Below are positions 26,574-33,384 of a stretch of 40,147 nucleotides of DNA, one piece after another. The notes under the pieces are model-generated. The model had not been told where the DNA came from. It saw only the letters and a program-made list of their open reading frames with translations, and did no database searches. Source of the DNA: a virus (lineage: Duplodnaviria; Caudoviricetes); the IMG/VR virus record IMGVR_UViG_3300022741_000089, positions 1 to 40,147 of that record; one strand, written 5' to 3'. Positions within the stretch are counted from its first letter, which is position 1, and each line of letters begins with the position of its first letter. A program made the translations under genes and the position numbers.

Positions 26574-27261
26574 GGCGGCTATACCTGTCGGCACACACGC
26601 CAGGCCCCCAGCCGGCAGCCGCATACATGGGCTCCCAGCGCAGCAGGATGGCGCGCGGGTAATGGCGGTTCTCACGGAAGTTGGCAGCCGAGCGGCCAGC
26701 ATTGTGCCGCTCGACAGAATCGAACCAGGCCAGCGGATCGGCGCCCTTTGCCGATGCCAGTCTGCGATCACGATTCACCCACCCATTGCCGCCGTTGTAG
26801 CCCGACAGCACGAAGGCCCAGCGGTCACACTCGCTGATGGCCTGGTTCCGTTCGTAGAGCCAGCGGTCGAACGCCACCATCGCCCGCAGCGCCCAGCCAG
26901 GGTTGTACGGCTGCGCCTGGCCCAGGCTGCGGGGGTAGATCTCGGCCATCCAGGCGGCGGTGGCCGGCATGAACTGCGCCAGGCCCTCTGCGCCGACGCC
27001 AGAGCGAGCATTCACCCGCCAGGCGCTCTCCTGGTGAACTTGGGCGGCGAACGTAGCGATCGGCGCCCCAAGGCCCCACTCAGCGTGGGCAGCACGCACC
27101 AGGGTGCGACGGTGCTGCTCAGCTGCTGCAGGCAGAGCGCCGGCCGCTGCTGCAGGCCGCGAGAACCAGCAGATGAGCACGACCGCGAGAATGATCGCCA
27201 AGAAGGGATAGGCCTTGGCCAGGCCGCCAATGTCGCGCCCGAACGAGCGCCAGAGCCTCAC
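26386..27261 (-). CDS. Endolysin, SLT lytic transglycosylase with N-terminal TM/signal
   Basis: QVHQESAW (catalytic E), GLAQFMPAT, YNGG, ENRHYP; probable GTG start 27261 right after holin stop. Confidence 0.9.
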   Translation of the reverse strand: MRLWRSFGRDIGGLAKAYPFLAIILAVVLICWFSRPAAAAGALPAAAEQHRRTLVRAAHAEWGLGAPIATFAAQVHQESAWRVNARSGVGAEGLAQFMPATAAWMAEIYPRSLGQAQPYNPGWALRAMVAFDRWLYERNQAISECDRWAFVLSGYNGGNGWVNRDRRLASAKGADPLAWFDSVERHNAGRSAANFRENRHYPRAILLRWEPMYAAAGWGPGVCADRYSRHETTDPLFADRAHRIRIACSVFPELAHCQRAVRFARAPRSAANLVAAGAAGVVAQRPPQAEA

Positions 27262-27263
27262 GA

Positions 27264-27581
27264 TCAGAGCCCCAGCGTCAGGCCAAGGATGCACGCAAGC
27301 ACGATCAACGCCCGGCGCACCCACAGCAGGCCGTGGTCAATGAAATTGTCGTGCTCCTGGGGGCAGGACTCGCCGAAGAACACGGCGTAGTCGATCCAGT
27401 AACCCAGCACACCACCGATGGTGACCAGGCTGATCTTGTACAGCACGACCTGCAGCTGCTCAGGGCGCACGAACCAGATGGCGACGAGCAGAATCAGGGA
27501 GATAACAGCCAACACCGTCATGCGCGGCGCGTGGCGTTTGAGAGCTGCGAGAGACATGTTCAACGCTCCGAGGTGGGCCAT
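27264..27581 (-). CDS. Putative holin
   Basis: Three hydrophobic segments; PEQLQVVLYK, LGYWID, RRALIV; precedes endolysin (ATG 27557 alternative start). Confidence 0.85.
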   Translation of the reverse strand: MAHLGALNMSLAALKRHAPRMTVLAVISLILLVAIWFVRPEQLQVVLYKISLVTIGGVLGYWIDYAVFFGESCPQEHDNFIDHGLLWVRRALIVLACILGLTLGL

Positions 27582-27659
27582 CCGTGGCCGTTGCTGTGCT
27601 CATGCCGGTAGTCCAACCGGGAGAGAGGTCACAGCATCACCTCGCGCGCGCGCGGAGTA

Positions 27660-27677
27660 TTTTGAACGGGGGCAAAG
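27660..27677 (-). promoter_or_regulatory. Putative late-promoter activator box upstream of lysis/packaging operon
   Basis: TTTTGAACGGGGGCAAAG with adjacent CGCGCGCGCGCG tract. Confidence 0.6.
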
Positions 27678-27704
27678 CAACAAGGGCGCCATTGCGGCGC
27701 CCTT
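27674..27704 (-). terminator. Intrinsic terminator closing the repressor operon
   Basis: AAGGGCGCC-gcaat-GGCGCCCTT stem followed by GTTGCTTT, 3 bp after stop at 27708. Confidence 0.72.
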
Positions 27705-27707
27705 TAG

Positions 27708-28058
27708 TCACTCGGCGTCTGGAACTCCGACACCAAAGCTACCTTGCCCATCCTGACAAGGATAACCAACAACTCCAGCGGTCAGGCCTGGAGTACCTAT
27801 CGGGAAGTGCTGGGTCTGACCAGCCTTAGGCCCCGCGCTGTAGAAGCATGTCGTAGTAAACTCTTTAACGATTCGGTTGTTCACCGTTGCAACCTCCGTT
27901 GACGGGGCTGGAGTTTCGTCAGCGACATCCTGAGTGAAGCTCCTATCCGGTGGGAAGATCTTGTCCCAGTTTGCAAAAAGACTAGTGGCTACAACTCCTA
28001 CAAGACCAATAACGGCGATTGTTATTTGAGTTTTCGAGCTGTCACTCATTGCTGTCAC
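27708..28058 (-). CDS. Single-TM accessory protein (lysogeny operon)
   Basis: ITIAVIGLVGVVATSLFA TM; two Cys in C-terminal domain; visibly more AT-rich. Confidence 0.72.
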   Translation of the reverse strand: MTAMSDSSKTQITIAVIGLVGVVATSLFANWDKIFPPDRSFTQDVADETPAPSTEVATVNNRIVKEFTTTCFYSAGPKAGQTQHFPIGTPGLTAGVVGYPCQDGQGSFGVGVPDAE

Positions 28059-28061
28059 CTA

Positions 28062-28316
28062 TCAGAGAAACCTTCCGATAATGAACACAACAAACCCCAC
28101 CGTGATGGCTGCAGCGCCATACGTCGAGGTAGGAGGATCAGAAGCGATGGCGGTAAGCATCCCGCCAACGATCAACAGAAAACCGACTCCCTCCCAAGCT
28201 CCGCCACGCCTGCCAGCCCTCACTGGCTTGACCGATATCGGTGCGCCGCAACCTGGGCAAGCAGCCGCCTTGCTCGACACCTCACGCTGACACTCACTGC
28301 ACTGAATCAAAGCCAT
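28062..28316 (-). CDS. Zinc-ribbon + 2-TM membrane protein
   Basis: MALIQCSECQREVSSKAAACPGCGAPI then two hydrophobic helices; GAGG SD. Confidence 0.82.
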   Translation of the reverse strand: MALIQCSECQREVSSKAAACPGCGAPISVKPVRAGRRGGAWEGVGFLLIVGGMLTAIASDPPTSTYGAAAITVGFVVFIIGRFL

Positions 28317-28323
28317 GACGTCC

Positions 28324-28884
28324 TCACTGTCCCTCAATCAACCGATACCTGCGCTGATACTCCTCATAGCTCAGCCCAGGAGTCTCCTGCAGCTCACGCA
28401 CCTGCTGCTCACGACTGAGCTGCAAAGGCTGCGAAGTTACTACCGACTCTGCGACAACGGGTGCAAGCGGCACCGTTGAGCCTGGCTGCAGCTCCGCCGT
28501 GATCGCCCTGGGCAGTGCCCACATCGCCCCACTGGCAGGATCGACGATCAGCAGGCCGATCGGGCCACCGATCAGGATGTTGCCCCAATAGGTGCCGCGC
28601 ATACCTGCTGCCAGCGGCACCTCCAGATCGGAATAACCAGGCTTGCGGAACAACACGGTGTAGGCGCCGCGCTTGAAGTAGCCAGCCGATGATTTGAGTT
28701 TGACCAGGTTGGGCGTCACGCCTGATGCAACCACGGCGCCGTCAGCACCACGCCTCACCTCAAACTCAGCGCCCTGCGGCGTACTGGCGATGTTTACATG
28801 GTTGTACCGCTCGCCAACGATGGTCGAGCAACCAGATGTGGCTGCGAGCGCAGCAACAATGAACAGTAATACCCTGGCGTTCAT
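28324..28884 (-). CDS. Lipoprotein with PEGA-like domain and C-terminal SHOCT-like helix pair
   Basis: MNARVLLFIVAALAATSG/C lipobox; IASTPQGAEF, GVTP, KPGY; YWGNILIGGPIGLLIVDP; GLSYEEYQRR. Confidence 0.8.
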   Translation of the reverse strand: MNARVLLFIVAALAATSGCSTIVGERYNHVNIASTPQGAEFEVRRGADGAVVASGVTPNLVKLKSSAGYFKRGAYTVLFRKPGYSDLEVPLAAGMRGTYWGNILIGGPIGLLIVDPASGAMWALPRAITAELQPGSTVPLAPVVAESVVTSQPLQLSREQQVRELQETPGLSYEEYQRRYRLIEGQ

Positions 28885-28909
28885 TCCCTTAACCCCATAT
28901 CCATTGACC

Positions 28910-29284
28910 CTAGCGGCGGCGGGCTTGAATGCACGCTTTGGCAACTTCCCAGATAATTGGCACGAAAAACCACAGCATTCCCGCAGTCACGCCAACGATC
29001 ATGACCGACAGCACGATTGATTCGCTGAATCCCTCAAGGCCTGGCTGAAGACCTCTTGAAATACGCCAGTCGTGCAACCAGCTAAAAACGAACAATACGC
29101 AGATCCCCAGCAGCAGCATCGCTCCATGTGCGAACTGCTCCCTCTCTTGCTGGGTGCAGTGGTTGCAAATGTTCTTATCGCGGTCGATAACTCGCTGCTC
29201 GCATTTCGGGCAAGGCTTGATCTGATTCTCGTAATAGTCCCGCCCGGCGACTCGGTTGTTGCTCCCCTCAACCTGGATATCCAC
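28910..29284 (-). CDS. Zinc-ribbon, 2-TM membrane protein with N-terminal RVAGRDY motif
   Basis: GTG start 4 nt after repressor stop, AAGGAG SD; CPKC...CNHC; two hydrophobic helices. Confidence 0.8.
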   Translation of the reverse strand: MDIQVEGSNNRVAGRDYYENQIKPCPKCEQRVIDRDKNICNHCTQQEREQFAHGAMLLLGICVLFVFSWLHDWRISRGLQPGLEGFSESIVLSVMIVGVTAGMLWFFVPIIWEVAKACIQARRR

Positions 29285-29288
29285 GGTG

Positions 29289-29777
29289 CTACTCCTTCGT
29301 TTCGTTGTAATCCCTTCCAGCGACCCTATGGCCGCTTCCTGAAACCTTGATTCCCTCTTCAGATTGAGGCTTGGCCTTTAGCTTCTTGCCGCCCGTGAGC
29401 AAGTCAGCCAGCAGAGCCTTGCGTGCGCTAGTCGTCAGGCCGCGATAGGCCTCCAGCAGCAGTTGCTCGTCCGGTTTCAAAGCCTCACGCATCGCATAGG
29501 CCGTCACCTCGGCAATGCCAACTGGATCCCGTTGGTACTCCTGCTGATAACGCATCCGGGCTGTTTCGCCCTTCAGCACGTACTCAACGTCGATGGGCAG
29601 ATCCGGGCGGCGTTGTGCCAACGCCCGCAGCTTCTCCTCGGGGAAGGAGTCGCGCTTCTTCCTGTCCGAGAACGCCGCCTTGCTCATTTCCAGCAGTGCA
29701 GCCACGTCCTGATCGCCCGTCACCCCGAGCATGGACTTGAGCCGCATCAGCTGCTGATCGAATTGCTTCATTCTCAC
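29289..29777 (-). CDS. Prophage repressor (CI-like HTH, no S24 peptidase domain) with C-terminal RVAGRDY motif
   Basis: RLKSMLGV..DQDVAALLEMSKAAFSDRKKRDSFP..IDVEYVLKGE HTH; divergent from Ner-like gene (ATG 29771 alternative start). Confidence 0.85.
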   Translation of the reverse strand: MRMKQFDQQLMRLKSMLGVTGDQDVAALLEMSKAAFSDRKKRDSFPEEKLRALAQRRPDLPIDVEYVLKGETARMRYQQEYQRDPVGIAEVTAYAMREALKPDEQLLLEAYRGLTTSARKALLADLLTGGKKLKAKPQSEEGIKVSGSGHRVAGRDYNETKE

Positions 29778-29808
29778 CTTGACTCAGTCAAGATATCTTG
29801 ACTATATT
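29778..29808. promoter_or_regulatory. Immunity region: overlapping palindromic operators and probable early promoter
   Basis: CTTGACT-C-AGTCAAG (29778-29792) and perfect AGTCAAGATATCTTGACT (29786-29803); TTGACT-N18-TATATT on + strand. Confidence 0.7.
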
Positions 29809-29854
29809 CAGATCACTTCAAAAAACTTCAAACATCCGCCGAGGAGCCACCGCC

Positions 29855-30064
29855 ATGGCAACCCAGCAAAAACCCAAGACCGTCGACCAGGTAAAGGCCG
29901 AGTTCAAGGCCAACGGTATGACCGTCACTCAATGGGCGAAAGACAACGGCTTCGAGCCCACCTCCGTTTCCCAAGTGCTCAACGGCTTCGCCAAGGGCAA
30001 CTACGGCAAGGCCCATGACATCGCCGTCGCACTTGGCATCAAGGCTCGCGCAGCAGCAGCTTGA
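29855..30064 (+). CDS. Ner/Cro-like DNA-binding protein (BcepMu gp16-like)
   Basis: GAGGAG SD; GMTVTQWAKDNGF..VSQVLNG..KGNYGKAHDIAVALGIK. Confidence 0.85.
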   Translation: MATQQKPKTVDQVKAEFKANGMTVTQWAKDNGFEPTSVSQVLNGFAKGNYGKAHDIAVALGIKARAAAA

Positions 30065-30115
30065 GCCTATTTCCCAAGCCCCCAACCACAACAGCAGCGA
30101 GGGACATCATGTCCA

Positions 30116-30436
30116 TCAATCGTTTTCAGGCTTATGGCCAGCGCCTGGCTGCTTGGGCTCGCCAGCAGGGCTTGATACCGGCATCAGCTGAAAGCCTGTG
30201 CGCCGCAGCAGAACCTCAGGCTGATCAACCAGCATCCCAAGCATTCGCTGAAACAGCACGTCCTGCAGAGAGTCCGGCTCTATCTGCTGGTTGTGCCAGT
30301 CCGCAAGTAGACGGGCGTACTCCGCTGTATCCAACTGCCCCGTCTTGCCTAGTGCTAGCACCAACACCTGGAGCAGTTGCATCACTCCCTCGATGCCTTC
30401 TAGCGCCCAGTCCCGATCCGTTTCCCGTTCTTCCAT
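30116..30436 (-). CDS. Hypothetical protein antisense to early operon
   Basis: AGGAGG SD 4 nt before ATG 30436; amphipathic helical sequence MEERETDRDWALEGIEGVMQLL. Confidence 0.65.
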   Translation of the reverse strand: MEERETDRDWALEGIEGVMQLLQVLVLALGKTGQLDTAEYARLLADWHNQQIEPDSLQDVLFQRMLGMLVDQPEVLLRRTGFQLMPVSSPAGEPKQPGAGHKPEND

Positions 30437-30464
30437 CTGTCCTCCTGCCTTGAGGGTCACTGCC

Positions 30465-31040
30465 ATGACCGATCAACCGCAAGTTGCGCTCGAAGAGATC
30501 GAGCTGATCCCACACCCCATGGACGCTTGGCGTGCCGCGCTTAACGCGCTGATCGCCTGCGCACCTGGTGATGGCCCGGCCATCGCCGCACACCTGGCCG
30601 AAGCCCGCCAGCTGGCCCTGGTGTTCGTCGATCGCACCCCGGCCAGCGCCGGTACTGCAAAGCTGATCGATCGTCTGATGCTGCTAGGCGCCGGCCAACT
30701 CGTAGGGCAGCAGCTGAAGGCCAAGGCCTACCAGGATCTGCGCAACGAGCTGGGCTTCAGTCATCACGCCCCGTTGCTTGGTATCGACTTTGCCGCTCAC
30801 GGTTCTCGCGGGCGGCTGTCAGCTGCTCAACCAGCTCTCGCATCGTCTGCTGGGCATGTGGCTCATACGGAGCACCTTGCCAGTCAGCAGACAGCATCGA
30901 GCGCTCCAGCGGAGCCGGATCAACGCCCTGCAGCTCCAGCTGAGCCGCAAGGTAAAGCCAGCTCCGCGCAAGCGCCTGAATCTGCCCCTCAACCTGAAGT
31001 AACCGAACCTCGTCCATCGGGTGACTCCCCATGCCTGTGA
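30465..31040 (+). CDS. Hypothetical early protein; C-terminal half overlaps antisense gene
   Basis: GAGG SD, MTDQPQVALEEIELIPHPMDAWRAALNAL; low-complexity tail. Confidence 0.55.
   Translation: MTDQPQVALEEIELIPHPMDAWRAALNALIACAPGDGPAIAAHLAEARQLALVFVDRTPASAGTAKLIDRLMLLGAGQLVGQQLKAKAYQDLRNELGFSHHAPLLGIDFAAHGSRGRLSAAQPALASSAGHVAHTEHLASQQTASSAPAEPDQRPAAPAEPQGKASSAQAPESAPQPEVTEPRPSGDSPCL
30757..31017 (-). CDS. Hypothetical protein antisense to early operon
   Basis: GGGGAG SD 7 nt before ATG 31017; MDEVRLLQVEGQIQALARSWLYLAAQLE. Confidence 0.65.
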   Translation of the reverse strand: MDEVRLLQVEGQIQALARSWLYLAAQLELQGVDPAPLERSMLSADWQGAPYEPHAQQTMRELVEQLTAARENRERQSRYQATGRDD

Positions 31041-31140
31041 ATGTACCCCAACAGGCTCGCCCATTGGCAACGGTTTTGCCCATGAGCAAAAAGCCTATTT
31101 GTTTGGCAGGCCTCTCTGGCCAGACCCGGAGGGCCTTCCA

Positions 31141-31620
31141 ATGAAGCGTCGCTCTTGGAAGAACGCACAGCCCAGCAGCATCCGCCAGGCCATGGAGTGG
31201 TCGCTGGAGTTCGCCAATGAGCGCCACAACCTCGGCGTCGAACGCATTGCCGAGCGTATGGGCCAGGCCAATCACTGGGCTCTGTACAAGTGGATCAGCG
31301 AAGGCCGCATGCCTGCGGTACTGATCCCGGCCTTCGAGCATGCCTGCGGCATCGCCCTGGTCAGTCGCTGGCTGGCTTCCACCAGCGGCAAGCTGCTGAT
31401 CGACATCCCGTCCGGCCGCACCTGCAGCGCCCAAGAGGTGAACGAGCTGCAGGCCGTGCTCAACACCACCATCGGTTCTGTGATCGCCTTCTACCAGGGC
31501 CAGGCCGAGGCCGCCGACACCCTTGCCGCGCTGCAGAGCGGGCTCACCAGCCTGGCCTGGCACCGCGCCAACGTGCAGCAGCACGCCAACCCACAACTGG
31601 ATCTAGGAGAGCAGGCATGA
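31141..31620 (+). CDS. Conserved early protein, possibly CII-like regulator
   Basis: GGAGG SD; MKRRSWK..., HTH-like VERIAERMG..WALYKW. Confidence 0.72.
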   Translation: MKRRSWKNAQPSSIRQAMEWSLEFANERHNLGVERIAERMGQANHWALYKWISEGRMPAVLIPAFEHACGIALVSRWLASTSGKLLIDIPSGRTCSAQEVNELQAVLNTTIGSVIAFYQGQAEAADTLAALQSGLTSLAWHRANVQQHANPQLDLGEQA

Positions 31621-31841
31621 GCCCGGAAAGCCTCGCCCTAATCATGGACATGCACGAAGCCCTGGAGCCTTTCGACAACTTTCGTGAGTGGAACGCCGCC
31701 AGCCAACGGGCATTCGCACGCCACTGCCAGAAGCTGGGCAAGCCCTTTGCCCAGCTCACCATCGAGGATCTGCAGAACGCAGCCCAGGCCGCCAACGAAG
31801 CGGCCTCCGACTACTTCGCACTACTTAGGACTCCAGCATGA
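31617..31841 (+). CDS. Hypothetical early protein
   Basis: ATGA overlaps at both ends; AGGAG SD. Confidence 0.7.
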   Translation: MSPESLALIMDMHEALEPFDNFREWNAASQRAFARHCQKLGKPFAQLTIEDLQNAAQAANEAASDYFALLRTPA

Positions 31842-32146
31842 CCACCCCACGCACCTCCGACAGCGGCGCGCGGATCCTCCGCGTGCTCAAGGCCCTCAAG
31901 GGCTACAGCCTCACCGGCATCAGCAACGGCGAGCTGGCCAAGGGGCTGAACGAGAGCCCGGCCAACATCAACCGCGCCGTCAACACCCTGATCGCCGAAG
32001 GCCTGGCCGTGAAGCTCGACAACGGCCGCTTCGCCCCGAGCGTCCAGTTGCTGCAGATCGCCCAGGCCCACGCCAACGAGATGGGCGCAGCGCAGCACCG
32101 CATCAACGAAATCACCCAACGCGTACTGGCCGGCGCCAGCCGCTAA
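31838..32146 (+). CDS. IclR-type HTH DNA-binding protein
   Basis: RILRVLKAL...GISNGELAKGLNESPANINRAVNTLIAEGLA. Confidence 0.82.
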   Translation: MTTPRTSDSGARILRVLKALKGYSLTGISNGELAKGLNESPANINRAVNTLIAEGLAVKLDNGRFAPSVQLLQIAQAHANEMGAAQHRINEITQRVLAGASR

Positions 32147-32162
32147 CAACAAGGAGCATCAC

Positions 32163-32444
32163 ATGGACTTCAACGTACTGGCCGTCGCTCTGCTAAGGGG
32201 CGAACCAAAGCGCAGCCAACCCTTCCTTGAGGGCTTGGCCGCTGTACTGCGCAACCGCATCGACCAGACCCTGGTAACCAGCCCCTACGCCCAAGGCAGC
32301 GTCGAGGACGATGCCTTCTACGCCGGCCGCCTGCGTGCTCATAACGAGTTCCGCAATGCCCTGATCGAAGCCGACGGCAACCGCTACCAAGCCATCCTGC
32401 GTTTGCAGCAAATCGCCTCCACAGCTGAACAGGAGGCCGCGTAA
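32163..32444 (+). CDS. Hypothetical early protein
   Basis: AAGGAG SD; TAATG coupling to next gene. Confidence 0.75.
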   Translation: MDFNVLAVALLRGEPKRSQPFLEGLAAVLRNRIDQTLVTSPYAQGSVEDDAFYAGRLRAHNEFRNALIEADGNRYQAILRLQQIASTAEQEAA

Positions 32445-33382
32445 TGCCTCGTAAAGCCGCCCCCAGCGCCGAGCTGGTACAGGACGCCCCGGTCAACGAG
32501 CAGTCTGTCAACGTCATCCAGAACCTTGGTGCGATTGCGCAGGACATGGCTGAAGAGCGTGATCTAGTCAACCAGTTGCTTGGCCAGGTTCAGATGGCCG
32601 ATGCCTTCTCAAAATTTTCGCTGACGGTCAGCACTTCCAAACTGGCCTACGTCAAGGAACACAAGCTGTACCGGGCATTGCAAGGCAAGAAAACTGCTGA
32701 CGGTCAGCATTTTTCGGGAACTTGGGATGACTTCTGCCGCCTTCTGGGACGATCCCGCCAGCAGGTCGACGAAGACATTGCCAACCTTCATGCGCTTGGA
32801 GAAGAAGCCCTTGAGTCCATGTCACGCATGGGGATCGGCTACCGAGATCTGCGCCAATGGCGCCGCCTGCCCGACGATGCCCGCTCCGCCCTGATCGAAG
32901 CCGCCAAGTTGGAGAACAAGGAGGCGGTGATCTTCCTGGCCGAAGAGCTGATCCACACCCACACCAAGGAAAAGGACGAGCTGCAGAAGAAGCTCACCGA
33001 CACCCAGGCCGACTACGACGCCCTGGGCGAGGTGCTCAGCAAGAAGAACGCCGAGCTGGATCGCACCAAGCAGGATCTGGAAAAGGCCAAGCGCCGCATC
33101 GAGACCATGTCGGCCGACGACGCCGCCAAGGAGCTGCGCCAGGAAGTGGCGGGCATCGCCTTCGAGGCCGAGGCCGACATCAGCGGCAAGCTGCGCGAAG
33201 CCTTCAACACCATGGCTGCACACAGCGAAGAAACCGGCACAGACCATCGCAAGTGGCAAGCCGGCCTGATCAGCCACCTGGAAAGCCTGCTGGCAGGCAT
33301 CCGCGCCGACTTCCAACTGCCTGATGCAGACGAGCCCGGTGAGGACTTCGGCTGGATTCAGCGCGCGCAGCAGGAAGCCTAA
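32444..33382 (+). CDS. DUF3102-like coiled-coil protein preceding the transposase
   Basis: GTWDDFC..LG.SR..VDEDI.NL..LGEEALESMSRMGIGYRDLRQ. Confidence 0.75.
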   Translation: MPRKAAPSAELVQDAPVNEQSVNVIQNLGAIAQDMAEERDLVNQLLGQVQMADAFSKFSLTVSTSKLAYVKEHKLYRALQGKKTADGQHFSGTWDDFCRLLGRSRQQVDEDIANLHALGEEALESMSRMGIGYRDLRQWRRLPDDARSALIEAAKLENKEAVIFLAEELIHTHTKEKDELQKKLTDTQADYDALGEVLSKKNAELDRTKQDLEKAKRRIETMSADDAAKELRQEVAGIAFEAEADISGKLREAFNTMAAHSEETGTDHRKWQAGLISHLESLLAGIRADFQLPDADEPGEDFGWIQRAQQEA

Positions 33383-33384
33383 GC

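Noticed and set aside
29228-29354. Explaining the shared RVAGRDY motif as a simple tandem DNA duplication or assembly artefact
   Set aside because: Synonymous positions are largely diverged while residues are retained, and both ORFs are intact with a proper SD
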